NCBI GenBank assembly: GCA_000934665.2 | Contig: KZ538023.1 | Coordinates: 1 to 64,000 of the forward strand | DNA length: 64,000 nt | Source: Catajapyx aquilonaris | Taxonomy: Eukaryota | Direction: 5' to 3' | In this document: positions 13,801 through 27,510 of the stretch, piece after piece | How positions within the stretch are numbered: position 1 is the first letter of the stretch | Layout: each line of letters begins with the position of its first letter | The notes under the pieces: model-generated | The model's input: only the letters and a program-made list of their open reading frames with translations | The model's database searches: none | What the model was told of the DNA's origin: nothing | Program-made: the position numbers and the translations under genes

Positions 13801-16506
13801 CAAATGGCCTTCAATTGCATTTAAACTGATCACCAAATTATTTGCGCAGTATATGTGTGATGCTAACAAGCAGTATTAATGAGCTTAACTTCCTCCCATA
13901 ATTTGCATTACAGTATGTGCAGCCTGCTGCCTACGCAATCTCTGCATTTTTTTTTTTTTGGGGGGGGGGATGTACTGTACATTTTAAAGCCTGCAATATT
14001 ACCCTGGATAAACAAGGATCGGCCTTGCTGCATGTTATGTAAATCTCCTAACACTAAGATCATAAATGCTGGGCTTATATGCAAATACTTGGTTTCATAT
14101 GTCTAAATGCTATATATATGAGCAGGTTAAAATGAGGTAGACACCAGCAGCAATAATCTCAAACAGTTCCAGAGAATTAACATTTCACAACTTGTATACA
14201 TCACTCTTGAACTGTGGACTTGGGCAGTGAAGCTCCATGCATAATTTTCAGGCTTGAATCGCTTTAACAAGTACAAAGTGAATATGCTAAGCAGCATCCT
14301 CTTTTGAGAGATTAAAACATGAAGTCTTTCGTTGTTTTACACTAAGCTTGTGCGGTGTACGGTATAAAGCTCGGTGCACTGATTAAACATGTCTTTTTCA
14401 CATCCAGCAGACTAAAACACAGGCCATGTCATCACTCTTGCCAATGGACAACCCCCAAGGGCCGATGGCTATTTTATCCAACAGCAGTAGGAAATAAAAC
14501 CCATTTCCCTGCAGAAACGTAAATGTAATTATCGCAGGTACTCTAACAAAGTCCCCGCAATTCTCGTTTCCGACACTATAACTTCCCTAGAGGCACTGCA
14601 CCACAAACAGTAGTCTGCAACCCTGTTTTTTTTTGTGTATGCGTGTGTGTCTCGCATCCTCACACAATTCATGTTGCCTCCAACCACACGCACTCAGTTC
14701 CATAAATTAAAGGAGCCCAGACACGTCCTAATATAACGTTAATCTAGTATTTAAACACATCCGCGTTAATTTGCACAAGCTGTACGTTACTTCTGCCAAA
14801 ATGAGTCGTAATGGTCCAGAGTTTCCATGAAAACGCCTTTGCCTAGCTGGCAATGTCCTCCGAGAGCGGAAACTGAAGCGACGGATTAATTAACTCCGCT
14901 GTTTCCGCAAAATCCTTTTCGCGCACTTTGTCCCTGATCAGCCTTGCCTTATCTAAATCTGTTCGCACTCTACTTTATTAAGTTTACTTCAACGCCTCCT
15001 TTCATGATCCTCCGGAGAAGCAATCACAAAGTTTCTCAACTAACCCACCAAAGCCCTGCATAAAAACCAATAACCAAAGAACCGAACACTGTCATTAGGA
15101 AAATCGGTCTCAAACGTGGGTTCACACGTTCCTGTCGGTTGGTCGTTGTTGTTATCAACATTAAACAAATATATGCGCCATTTGATATATCGAATATGCG
15201 ACATATCAGCTTTAATTTACGACGAAAAATGTCCACGACAGCGATTAATTGACTGTTCAGTACAAGGATCGGAATTTACTTCCCAGAGAAGAATAGGACC
15301 AATTCCCCTTTTGTTTTTCGGATGCAAAATTCCAGGAGCGCCAGATGCGAGGTCCCGGACTAATGTCGAAGCATCTAATTACTTTCTTGTAATCGACTTG
15401 CTCGAGTTTCTGCAATAGACGCTCCTTGGTTAAGTCTGGCAAAAAATAAGTTAATGAAAGAGGAACAAAGAGGAGGCTTCCCTTTCGACTTTAATTGTGT
15501 GTCTTTCCAGAGTCCTAGTTCCGGAGTTGGAATTACATTTGGCACCGACAAAGGCCCCCTTTCTATATATGCTTCATACAGTACATCAAAATCACACGGA
15601 TGAATACTCTGCTGTACATATGCCAAGTACCTACTGCAAAATCCGGCATATTGACATCGATTCAACAACAATTTGGTGCATAATGATACTATACAGTTCG
15701 GTCACACAACCATACATTATTGAAGTTAACGCTCCAGCCCAATGGAAAAATATGGCCTGCGCTAGTCATATTTCCAGTGGATAATGAGATCCGTAACCGA
15801 GCGAGTACACACACAGCCTAATTACTAGGTTGGGAAAACAAAGCCAACAATATTTTTCAAAATTCAGCACTCGCTATGCAGAACCCTGCAAAAATTATGC
15901 GCGCAGAGCTTTCCTGGCCATATACATCATATTATTCAGAAATGCTATTCAACGCAACTCTGTCAACAATGTTTATTATATTCTGACATACTTACAAGGA
16001 AATGCTTGACCATGGCAACAACAACAGCAACATGGAAACAAGTTGTGCGAATAACTGGCTCTGCTGCTAGTAACATTTATAAGCGATCACTCATTATTGC
16101 CATCAGTTTCATGCCATATGCAAGGCACAGCTTTTATGGCTCTACTAAAGAAGTTTCCATGTTCTTTTTGGGTGCGATGCATTCTAAGAGTCGGTTTATG
16201 AAGATCCCCCCTTTTAAACCCAGCCAGTTTGCATGCAGGATGTTACACACAGAAGCCCCTTTATGAGTCCCGCTCGTGTTAAAGTGCCATATATACTTTG
16301 GTGTGGCAATGTCTGACGCAATCCTTGGGTATCAGCATCGGGATTTTGCCGCATTCGATGGAAAAGGGATGGGTTGTCTTCCCACCTTGCATTTTTCATG
16401 ATTCGCCCCCCTTTTTTTCCTCTCTTTTGGCCCCTACCATATTTTTTAAAAGGTCTTCAGGACCATTAATCGAAGCAGACGATCTGTTCCCCCCCCCCAC
16501 CCCCCC

Positions 16507-16572
16507 NNNNNNNNNNNNNNNNNNNNNNNNNNNNNNNNNNNNNNNNNNNNNNNNNNNNNNNNNNNNNNNNNN
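16507..16572. other. Assembly gap (66 N) flanked by poly-C tracts
   Basis: Run of N between C homopolymers; smaller N runs in or near G/C tracts at about 1388, 18870, 39369-39372 and 54068. Confidence 0.95.
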
Positions 16573-19500
16573 TCTCTGCCCCCCCCCCCCCCCCCAGAAA
16601 ATGTGAAAAACTACTTCAGTTAAAGTTGGTTAAAGCCTGTTAACCATTTAACACCCAACTAATGCTGTAATTTTGCCAGCTGACACGGGTGGTTTTATCA
16701 TCAGGCCACGCTCCGTAAAACCAGTCCCAAGTGTTTCATTTCGACACATCGATCGTATTTTAAAAGGGCTTGGTTTATAGGTAATTCCAAAATAGTAATG
16801 AACTAATTCGGTTCTTCCACGTTCAGGGTCCACGTTCGGTAATGCAAGTACAGGGTCCGTCGCATCGTTTGGTCATTCCAGGTCTCTCCATCAAAATGCA
16901 ATTTTAATCAACATCTCAAGGCGGCTTCATCTGATGACATCAACTTATGGGCATCTAGCTAAATTTAAGCCCAATTCAAACATTTTTAGACATGAGCATC
17001 CTTTCGAGGCCACTATTGAGGACACTTTCTCATTTTAGTATAAAAATATGTGTGAAAGTGTCCTGGATCACATTTTTGGCCGATAATTCATTAGTAGCTT
17101 CGACATGGTCCGGCCCATCGTGCATTTCCAAAAACATGTACCACGTAGGCCAAAGAAGTATCCTGCAGATATAGTGTAGAAAGAAGAAGAAACCCTTCGG
17201 GAGCGATTCCAGCCACGTCAAACACCAACCGAGTGAAAGCGATACTTTTTTGGGGGGCGGTTTTCCGGGCTATAATTCGCTTACCAATACCAGAAATATC
17301 GAGTGGATCTGCCTCCAGGCACGTTCATGGTCTAGACTAGTAATCCTCCCAGCACACAAAAGGACGAGGATATGTATTACGTATTCATCAGGCAGCATCC
17401 TGGATGCTTTTATCCCCCCAAGTTTTGATTCCAGCAGCCCTAGGGGAAAACCGTACCATCTACACCTTATACGGATTTGGAAGCGTCCAAATATTGAATC
17501 TTGCAGGAAAACCCGGATTAGAACCACATGTTTTTTTTTTTCCTCCACTACTAATTTTTTTTTCTCCAGCAATCCAATTTGCAAAAGCGTGCAAATCCCA
17601 TCGCATTTCCGTCTGCTCCACCTAACTCCAACCGTTGGTAAATTAACGTTGCGGCTGTTTATGGACTCATTATATGGCCACCAGTGCCTGCTTAATGAGA
17701 GAGTAAATAAGCACTGCTTTTGCAGTTTGAAGAATAAGAGATTCCCTCGGTGCTTTATGGCTGGGATAATTAAAATCAAGGACGGAAAACAAAACAAAAC
17801 AAAAGGGACTGAAGCAACCTCCGAGATTATCCCAAAGTTGTTTTTTTTTACTGAGTGTGTACAGTACACACAATCGAAATGAAGTGAACGGCCTTGATAA
17901 GCCTCGTGCATTGTACTGATGTGCAGTTTTAGCATAATACTTGATCTTTGGCGCATATCCAAGCGGAAATAGGCACGAATATGAGGCCCATAACCTCGAT
18001 ATGAACCTTACCCATTTTGAATATTTTATGCAATAAAAAAAGTCGCGAAATACAGTACACCTGACATTTTTTTGGTACCTGAAGTCACGCCAACTCTTAT
18101 ACGTTGTTAATGCTTCTGCGTGCCCGATTTCATGCCATGTCAGCACTATATTGTAGGTATTGATTTTTGCCAAAAAACATTATTATACTCCTGGCCTGCT
18201 TAAAACCATTGTAGGTTGACACTGCCAGTCGATATCTAGGAGTGTTCATGTGAAAAACGGGCGCCAACCTTCGACTGACCTTCCTGGGTCCCACAATTAA
18301 AGTCGGGCATACATTAGATTTAGCCTCACCAGACGACAGTTCGTTCCAAGGATTTCTTCTTACACACAGATTGGTTCGCCGTTATCGCTTCTTCAACCGA
18401 CGACAGAAACATTAAACAGCGACCAAAAACACTGGTGAACTCATAGTCTGCAAATAGAACTGGTCATCATATTACCCAGTGATTCAGGTGTCCAATTTCT
18501 ATCGATAACACGTAGGAAAAAGGCACGTCGCAATATTGCAAAAAGCAGCGACAAAGCAATTGTTTATATCGATGTGACACATGCAAAGTTGTGATATACG
18601 ACTATACTTATTGTGCTCTAAAATGTCTCGAATTTGCCTCAAAAAGTACAAGTTCTCGCAAGCTTACACACCTTTAAGGCACGTCCCCATTAGTTCGGTC
18701 TCCAAATCACCTGAAAATCTCCTTGTCAGCTTGGGTAACCAGATGTGACGAAGCGACGGTGAACAGATCTATTACAAAAGTTGGTAACGATTAGCTATTC
18801 CTGCAGCTGTTACGCTCATGTTTCACTATTATGGGACTAACGCTCCATTAATTTTATCCCCCCCCCCCCNCCCCCCCCCCGACCCCCTTGTTAAATTAGG
18901 TCAACTTGTCCATTTGCATACAGGACAAGGCAGGTGTCACCTTTGAATATTTCTTGCTCTAATCGGCGTTTTGAACACTCATTTTGGAGACTTGCTTTAA
19001 AAAAAAATTAGCGTTGGGTCATATAATTTGCCCCCTGCTGTTAAAAGCATGCTATTATAACAAGCACCACACAAAAAAAAGATGACAGCACCCTCAGGCC
19101 TTTTCCTAAGCAGCTATCCAATATTCGCCAAATTAAGTCTCCCAGATTTATGCAGTTGGGTACACCACAGCCAAAAATTGAGCCATTACCCAGCGGTCCG
19201 CCTCTCCAAAACTTGCTATGGCTGGCAGCAATTCCTCCACAAACTTCCAGCTTCCCTAAAACCCACCCCTAGAACCGGCCGTCAAATGAGCCGAATTAGA
19301 GCTAGTACCCCTCCGGACACATCCAATCCGACACAAGGTGATTATGTCCCTCAACCTTTTTTTTTTCTGTGACGCCGGCCAATTTCCTCTCAGGATCTCC
19401 CACCCACCTGTTACAACTTTAACTCAAATATTTCCTAGAGCCCAACTCTAATTAGGCCATCCCCAAAGTGACAAAGTCTAGTGCCCGCCCCAAGATTGTT

Positions 19501-21086
19501 CGAGAAATCTAAAGCCTCCACAAAGTTTGAGGGGAGGCCCCCTCCGAGCACAAGCTTCTCTTGAATATTGCAAACCTGAATCTCAGGGAAACTCCCCAAA
19601 CTTTGCGCCATTTTGGGCATGACAGGTCTTGTGAAACCTGGCGATTATGCCTGTACATTTTCGGATAGAGGAACGGCCATTATTGAACGAGACCATACTA
19701 TATAGACCATAACGCCAGAGCTTTCAATAAAATATTTATATGACCCTGGTCAAAGGACCAAACAAACGTGGATTTGGGGACCATAATTATTTAACACCTC
19801 AAATTTTGTGTCCCGCTGGCAAAATTGTGGCATTTTCACCTGTACACCATTTGCATCGATTGGCCACAAATGGCGCCGTTCTGCCTCGGCCATGTTTATT
19901 ACATGATGTACCATTCGGACTATGCTTCAATTATTTCCTAGCAGGGGAAACCAATTATGGGGACATTATGAGGGCAAGCCGGAGACAAAAGACGAGTCTG
20001 TTTAAACATGCAAATGAAGCCCATACATTAGCACTTAGCCAAATTAGCACTAAGCTATTTTTGTTGGGCTTTACAAAAGGCCATTGGACGCTTTGGAACG
20101 CCCGAAGCTACTACTAGTCTCTGCAACACTAGAGCTGAAAGCTTCATAGAGCACCGCAGAGACTATTGCAGATCAAAGCTAGTTTCCGATTCCAATTCTC
20201 AAAATCGGCACTGACAATTCGGCTCTACCATAATGTCCCAATCCCCTTTCAATTACAAGCTTAGGACCTAAAAAATAAAACCCAAAAGCCCAAGTTAAGT
20301 AAAGCAATTTTGGGAGCGGCCCGCTTTAGCCCAAAAACTCTACTGAACTCTCGTTACACTTTCAGGCTACCTCAAAGTAAGTGCGGGCACTATTCCAAGA
20401 GAAGTTACCAAATATTTAATAAAGGTTACCCAATGGTACGGGCTTACTAAGCGCGCAATTAATTACAAAACGTAAGGCGGTACGTAAACTTCATCAACGC
20501 AATGGCCGATTCCCAATCCTTAATTGGGGACATGGAAACGGGGTTCTGAGAGAGTATACCCGAGCGGTGTTAAAACCCACGGTTTTAATGACGATGCCTC
20601 TCTTAAGTGGATTCCCGCTGACTAATTCCTTCTCCACCAACCGACCCATGTGTTAATTAAACCTCATCAGACCAGCGCGGCCGTGTCGTTTTCATTGCGA
20701 AAAACCTTCTCAAACACACACACACACAAAAAAAATGGCTCGTGCCGGAAGTCTCAAGCTCAACAACTGGAGGTCAAAGACTCAACCCGACGTCAAGCAT
20801 GTGTTTTGCGAGCTAAGGAACTTTTTGAGAGGGAGAGAGAAAGAGATAAAAGGGGGAAGAAATGGTGAAAAATGAGGGTGAAGGTACGTTATCACGGCTG
20901 GGAAAACTTGACGTAATTCCCTTAATGATGGCCTCCTGAACTGGAACCACAACACACATGAAAAGTTCGCCCGGTTGTAAACCTTTTCTTAACACGCAAA
21001 CAAGGTTCCATGCACCTTACTGGTTAGTCTGAACCCACAACACTAGGCCCCACGGGCCCCAATGGGCCCCACGGTCCCATTCGGTT

Positions 21087-21500
21087 TGCGCATGCGCGTA
21101 CGGAGAAGTAGGCGGAGTTATTGAATCGTTGCGCATGCGCACACGGAGAAGTAGGAGGAGCTTACAGTGGCGCATGCGCGTTGGTCGTTACCTGGCGACC
21201 CCGCCGCCGCCGGGAGTAGGAGGGCGAAGTCAGACATCAGCCCGTGATTCGCGCTTAGCGTCTCTGGGTCGCCCAGCATCACTCGCGCCCTGTAGACACT
21301 GGCAAGAACGCTCCAAGCACGAATCATGGGCTGATGTCTACATTCGCCCTCCTACTAGGCGCGGCGGTAAAGACCACGCCGCCAACGCAGAAATTTTTCT
21401 TAGGAACTGCTAATATGCCCAGCACTATTAATACAGCGCAGTAGGCGGTGCTGATTAGCTGCGCATGCGCACACACAGCAGTAGGCGGAGCTTATTGAAT
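21087..21500 (-). promoter_or_regulatory. CpG-rich putative promoter/first exon with four GCGCATGCGC (NRF1/Ewg-type) palindromes; minus-strand splice donor at 21192
   Basis: GCGCATGCGC at 21088, 21131, 21170 and 21461; minus-strand CAG|GTAAC at 21192/21191; probably a non-coding first exon of RASSF8 (inferred). Confidence 0.55.
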
Positions 21501-23394
21501 AGTCTCAGCGGCATATGTTTCACCGTCCTGATATGAACCAACCATGAAACGTGTAGTCTTTCGGGCGAGCCTGCATTTCTTTTAATTATTCATGACTCTT
21601 GTCTCGCTAATGGGCTCACCTCGCATTTTCAAGGCATCAAGCGTGCCTTCACACCTCTTCCATTTGCCTTGCATAGTGCTTTTGCAACCTAAAACACACA
21701 CCCCCTACTTAGTAGTCTCACCCCAGTCCCAGGGATCAAATGACAATCCCATGAGATGGCCCCATGCATTTACAGCGTTTTGAGCTAACCCAGGACCCCC
21801 TCCCCAAAAACTGATTGGATCTCTTCTCACTCCCCACCTCTTTTTTTTATCTATATAAAATCCAGTGTTCCAGGCAGACATGAAGCAAAACAGACTGGCT
21901 CTCCATAGGGGGGAACTCGATACCCAACTGAAGGGGGGACAGGCCTCTCAATGGGGGTCACCCTCAATGGAAAAGTCGGTTGGGAAAAATCATTGGGCCG
22001 TTATGTGCAGCTGATGTCCAATATTTGAACAGCTATTCAGGGGGAGACCCGTATTGGCATGTATGCAAAAATGATGGACAATTTATGCATGGTACGAACA
22101 ATTGTTTTTACCGTTTCATGCCGCACTGCAATAACGTGGAGCAAAAATGGGCTGTAACTGATATCAATTTTTACCTGGTGCTGCCACAGCTCAAGGTAAG
22201 CCCCGGCTATAAAGGATTTATGATTGCATGACTCCTAATAATCTAGTTCCTGGAATAGTTACTGGCAGTTCATTGTGTGGGCCCACACAGGTCTACCACA
22301 ACTCACCCGTAATGACCCTACTGAATATAATTTTGAGCAATGCCTGTTAGTGCAGGGAGTGATGTAAGGCCGTGCAGGAAATGCACATTAAGGTGAGCCT
22401 GCAAACCAGGCAGCTGGAGCTCAAGAGAGCGATTATTCCTTGGCCTCCTGGACTCGCACAATTGCCAACAAATGCATAACTACGCATTCAAATGTGGCCA
22501 ATTCTAATAAGGTAATTGCAGTAGGAAGTCGAAAGTGGGGCATGAAAGCAAAAGGAATCATTAAATGGGCTCATTGTTCATCGCTGAAAGTATTCCCACC
22601 GCAGTCCTGAACCGTGAGTGCTCAGAGAAGTCGGTTCCTCCAAAATTTGTAAAAAAAAAAAAAAAAATCCCATGCATCTTGTGATTACAGTTAGCAAACA
22701 ATAAGTATTTACGCTCTGACAAAAGCTACGTACGAGCGTTATCTCAACAATGCTTTATAATGAGCTGCCTACTCTTGGGACACCACTTAATAACACAAAG
22801 TCCTGGCCATTTGTACAGTCGCAAACAGTGCGCCCAACAAAACTATTTCCACATTTCGCTGGCTTTAGTACGTATTCCATTCGCAGAGTTACAAGTCAGC
22901 GGATACTTGGCTCTGACAGTGGTCTAATTACAAATTCGGCTCATGCCGGTCCCTGCTAATCATTGATTGCCAACCCAAACGAGATGAATCATTGGTCCTG
23001 ACATGAAGGTGGGCGTGCTAGCGGTAATTTTGGGTCAATGTGCATTACGTGCATGACAGACAATAATTTAGCTCCAATGCCTAACAAGCTTACTTTTTTG
23101 GGGGGAGGGCGGTCGGCAGATTGATTTCAAATTGCATGTTAATCATGTTAGCAAAATAATATCGCAGGCATTGTTGGGAATTAATATTCATAATTTTGTC
23201 GCTTGCACATGACAGTGCAGGACAAGTATGATGATTGGTACATGCAATATATTGGCATGCAAATATATTTAATAAAATATAATGGATATATTAGTGAAAA
23301 GGTCACGTCATCTTTCCTCTTCCCCCCCAACCTGACCCAACCCACTCTCTCTCTCTCTCTCACCCCCTGGACAACACACATCCTGTTTCCTTAC

Positions 23395-23880
23395 CTGGCA
23401 CCTGGGCCTGGTTCTCTCTGCCACACCACCGGGGCGGGGGGCTCTCTTCAGCAGCCACTAGAAGGGCTTCGGGTAGTATCGTGTGCTGCTCGACCGTGGC
23501 CCCTCGACGGAGTGTGGGCCAAGCGACGGGAGTCAGCCGACCCCACGGAAAGCGCTACCTGTTGGAGCCATCCATTCGGGCAAGCCCTGGGTTCTTTTCC
23601 GTTCAGACGGGGCTCGCTTCGGGGCGGGCTGGGTCTGGATCCGGATCGGGAGGAGACCTCTAGCGGGGATGGGGAGGAACTGGGTGCCGCGGCCAGAGAG
23701 GCACCGGAGACATCTAGGGGGCACACAGGGAGAAAATGATGGGGGGAAATCAGACTGAGGAGTTCATCCACCCATTGCGCATTCGCTAAACCGGGGGCCA
23801 ATCGAAGCATCGCGGTAACAAATGGACGGGGGCCAATCGGAAGCGTGGCAGTAACAACAATATGCGGAGGACCAATCACA
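23395..23880 (-). promoter_or_regulatory. GC-rich putative non-coding first exon (donor at 23395) with three CCAAT boxes at ~23797-23878
   Basis: Minus-strand CAG|GTAAGG at 23395/23394; GGCCAATCG twice plus GACCAATCA; lies between RASSF8 (-) and the + strand orphan gene. Confidence 0.5.
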
Positions 23881-24340
23881 ATGCTTATACAAACAACGCA
23901 AGGATTTTAATATTATAAGGGTGGTTAATAAAATGTCAAATTAATTGATTAATAACATATTTAAAATAATTTGATTAGCTAATTAAAATTGATGTAATAA
24001 TAATTAATTAACTAAGAAAAATGACAAGAGTTGGTAGCATTGTTGACGTTTCCATGCAAACAATGCAAACTTTCAGATCATAATGATTAACTAATTTTGT
24101 AAATCCGAATGCACTCGTTTGGTGTAACGTCCACGAATATTTTTCAAAATTAAATAGTGAACGCTTGCAAAAAAAAAAGTACCTCAGGATGAAGAGAACA
24201 CGCAGTGCGACAAATAATAAGTTCAGTGGCAATAAGTCTGTTCCAAGCAGCAGTGGCAGCAGGTACTTGATGAGTGGTCGTGAGGCATTTAGTAGGGAAC
24301 AGGAGAGATACGATGTGGAAGCGGATATTACTCCATCACC

Positions 24341-24391
24341 ATGCTTCGCCGTGGAGTGAGTTGACATATTTATTATTATTATTATTATTAT

Positions 24392-24462
<71 letters not shown>

Positions 24463-26007
24463 CACACAAAACATGTACGCTGCACAGGATGTCAACAACA
24501 GCAGCAGCAGCAGCAGCAGCAACAAAAAGGTTCAGGGACATCAGTATTGCTTTTGTCATAAACTGACGTGAGCATGTTTATATTGAACTTCAGTTGCGGC
24601 CGCACAGTACGGATGAGACTAAGGATGACTAAACTAATGGGAACCACAGATGTTATGTTTAACTCCAATCATTTCAAGAGACATTTCAAGCAGAGATCAC
24701 TAGAACAGAGGATTGCTACAAGAGAAGACCGCATGGGCGTCAGAGAAGTATGCATCAGTACAGCCGTGTCTTAAAAATCAAGTGAGAGAATTTCAAATCT
24801 GTAAAATATGCATTTATTAAAAATATATATAAAGAAGACGGAGAGCAACCGTGAGCTGGCACTAATGATCCGGGGTGATATGGAAATCCGACCCAATGTG
24901 GAAGACTACGTCACAAATCATCCAATCTATCAGATCAACCAGTTCATCAGGCGTATGAAGCACGAGCAAGCGGTACAACTAAATTTGTTGCATTTTGCTT
25001 TGCCTGCACTAATACAATAATCTGCCAACAATCACAGAACAAGTTGCCAGTGACAAATCCGGCGTACTATATGATCAGCGACAAAATTCGAGCCAAGCAC
25101 AGACCCACGGAGTTGGGAGTGGCTCGAGAGAGCTTCCTGGATACCATTTACAGGGAAAGACAGGCCGCCGAGAATAGGAAAGCCGAGCAGGCCATATACG
25201 CACAGTTCGTGAAAAATCGAGCAGATACGATGAGGGAAGCATTCGCCTGCTCGTACAAGAGTGAGTTCTACGATGCTCCTTACGTCAAGAAGCTTCAGAA
25301 CATCAAGATAGAACAGGTTTGTCATATAGAACTGATCGAGTCTTTACGATGTCGCAAATGTCGGCCATTTTGTCCCATCCCCCTCCAAGCGTAGTGTTGG
25401 AAATAAGTGCAGCGCTGCTTTAAGCTTACCAGACATCATTGATAGTTCCAACCGTGCCACCTGCGCGAACTGTGTTGCGCACTCGTTTGTGCTCGTACTC
25501 AGCTTTCAAATACCATAATATGGCAATAACCACTGATTTTTAAACGTTCCAAATTCGAAGGATATGGAGACCATGTACTACCTGGGCGACAAGATGTTGG
25601 AGAATTTCGAGGTTCGAAAGGGACGCCCGAAGAAGAAGGGGGCGGTGAAGAAGGTCGCCAGCGACGAAGAGATTGCGTCCGCGTCCGGTGAGAGCCTGAA
25701 GAAGTCAGAAAGCAGCGAAATCGTAGCAAAGGAGTCTTCCACGGAAAAAGCGCAGAGCAGGAAGAAGTCAGTGGTCATTCTCGAACCTAAAGCTGAGGCT
25801 GAGCTAGAACCACAGCCTAAGTCTGAGCCAAAACCAGAACCAGAGTCCGCAACAGCTGAACCTGTACCAGAACAACCAGCCGAGCCTGCACCAGAACCAG
25901 CAGCACCAGCAGAACCGGCAGCACCAGCAGAACCGGCAGCACCAGCTGAGCCAGAGTCTCCTGGAGAGTCAGCACCTGAGCCGCCTGCTGAAGACACATC
26001 AGGATAG
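24341..26007 (+). CDS. Uncharacterised multi-exon protein (~363 aa in this model) with a Pro/Ala/Glu-rich repetitive C-terminus
   Basis: Model: 24341-24355, 24488-24529, 24679-24747, 24838-24972, 25038-25316, 25390-25494, 25561-26007, all phase-0 GT-AG introns with no in-frame stops; AATAAA at ~26058. The 5' exons and start codon are uncertain (alternative ATG at 24189). No family recognised. Confidence 0.65.
24370..24462. repeat. Compound microsatellite (TAT)n(TAG)n
   Basis: Directly visible; lies in the first modelled intron of the orphan gene. Confidence 0.97.
25897..25950 (+). repeat. 18-bp coding tandem repeat x3 encoding PAAPAE
   Basis: CCAGCAGCACCAGCAGAA CCGGCAGCACCAGCAGAA CCGGCAGCACCAGCTGAG. 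Confidence 0.9.
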
Positions 26008-27510
26008 CCAACTTATGACTCACACTGTGCATAAATTGTCTCATTAAAAAATTCTTTAAATAAATGAGAAAATCGGAAACTGATGAAATTTCGCTACATA
26101 AATGGATTCGGAGACTTCTTTGCTCCTGTCTTATGAAACATCATGCAACTCATTCAAAGTCATTTCCTTGGACTCACTATTCTTGTGCTTGAAGAAGTTA
26201 TGGGAACAACTACTAATATAAGTCCACATATATAAAGGTGACTTGCATTTATTGTTCCTCAGCATTACATGACCGAAGTCATGCAACAGTGACTTCCATT
26301 GTTCAAACTTATTACTAGTTTACTACACACCAGACACCACACACTGTCATGCAGGCATCAGGTATTGCTGAAGGGAGCGCACTCTTTGTTCTGGATTGGT
26401 ATCATGTTGAGTGTAACAACTGTAGGCCTACTAAAGGTTGTAACTGTGGAATTGATTACTCCGGAATAAAAAATAACACTGCAACAAATTTTGACAAAAA
26501 AAACATTTAAAAAACATCAGCTACTGTATTCACATGCTCACGAAAAACTTGTTAGACTTTTTCGCGAGCATGTGAGAGGTCGAGTTGGAATTGGTGGAAA
26601 GCCACACCGCCAGCGACAAGGCTCCAGCTCATGGTGCGGGACGCTTTTCCTGCTTTTTAAAAATATTATTTACTCAAAAATCAAAGGAATTTAAACAATA
26701 ATATTATTGAAGGAAATTTTGGAATGTTGGCTTAAAGTGAAGTTACTTAGCAGGAAAAATGCCGTGCCATCCAGCCCCTCGAGGGACATATACACGCTAA
26801 CTACACAAGTACAACAATGCAAAATCGCAAACAAGTTGCAATGATTATGCCATAATGGATACAGTACTTGCCAAGAAAATACCTGAGTTTCCTGCGTCTC
26901 CTGTTACGATATCTATAGTTCATAGATATTAATAAAGGCTGGCCTTTAATATTCCATGACCTAGTTCAAATGGGTGTAGCATGTTCTTCTGGTACCTATT
27001 TGTATAGTGCCATTATGGGAGTACGATAATATAACGACGGAAAGGGGACAGAGAGGTCACAAAACAGCACTGATGTACTACAAACCGGCATCGTAGTATA
27101 TCACATGCCATATAACACTAGATAATCATATCCGAGGTACCAACACATATAACCATATTTAGTCGTACCACATCACTGTTTACCTTAAAACAATGCCAGG
27201 CAGTGGGGGGTGCTACAAAGTACACAAAACATTTGTTCAACGATTATGCCTCACTGTTGAAACAAATTATTATGCAAAGGGCTGGTAATGGTACGTTAAT
27301 GGTACGTAATAGTTAAAAACAATTTGTTTCACAAATGGAAATCTAGAATCTTTTTGGTAACATGGGCAAGTCACACTATATTGATTGCTTTTTTTTTTTG
27401 CTCTGGTTTGTTGACCTCATATAAATGTTTGCAGCAGTTCTGTTATGCAGAAGTCTAAAATGTGACAGTGTAATTTATGAAATTAGTGGAACCATTTAAA
27501 AAAAAAAATT

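Noticed and set aside
6050..16500. Many short ORFs and scattered transposon-like termini (CACCCTGTA, TGGCAACCTG)
   Set aside because: No recognisable domains or consistent exon chains, and I could not pair the termini into elements.
17250..18173. Overlapping 167-230 aa ORFs on both strands
   Set aside because: No recognisable motif and A/T homopolymer-driven composition; may be a decayed transposon, but I cannot support that without a translated search.
23203..23879. 143-178 aa ORFs in the GC-rich island
   Set aside because: Explained by the low stop-codon frequency of GC-rich promoter/leader DNA; no domain similarity seen.
24008..24561. Poly-Leu/Ile/Val ORFs suggesting a membrane protein
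   Set aside because: Translation artefact of the (TAT)n(TAG)n microsatellite.
25578..25997. Gly/Ser/Ala-rich antisense ORF resembling a silk-like protein
   Set aside because: Shadow frame of the Pro/Ala/Glu-rich last exon on the + strand.
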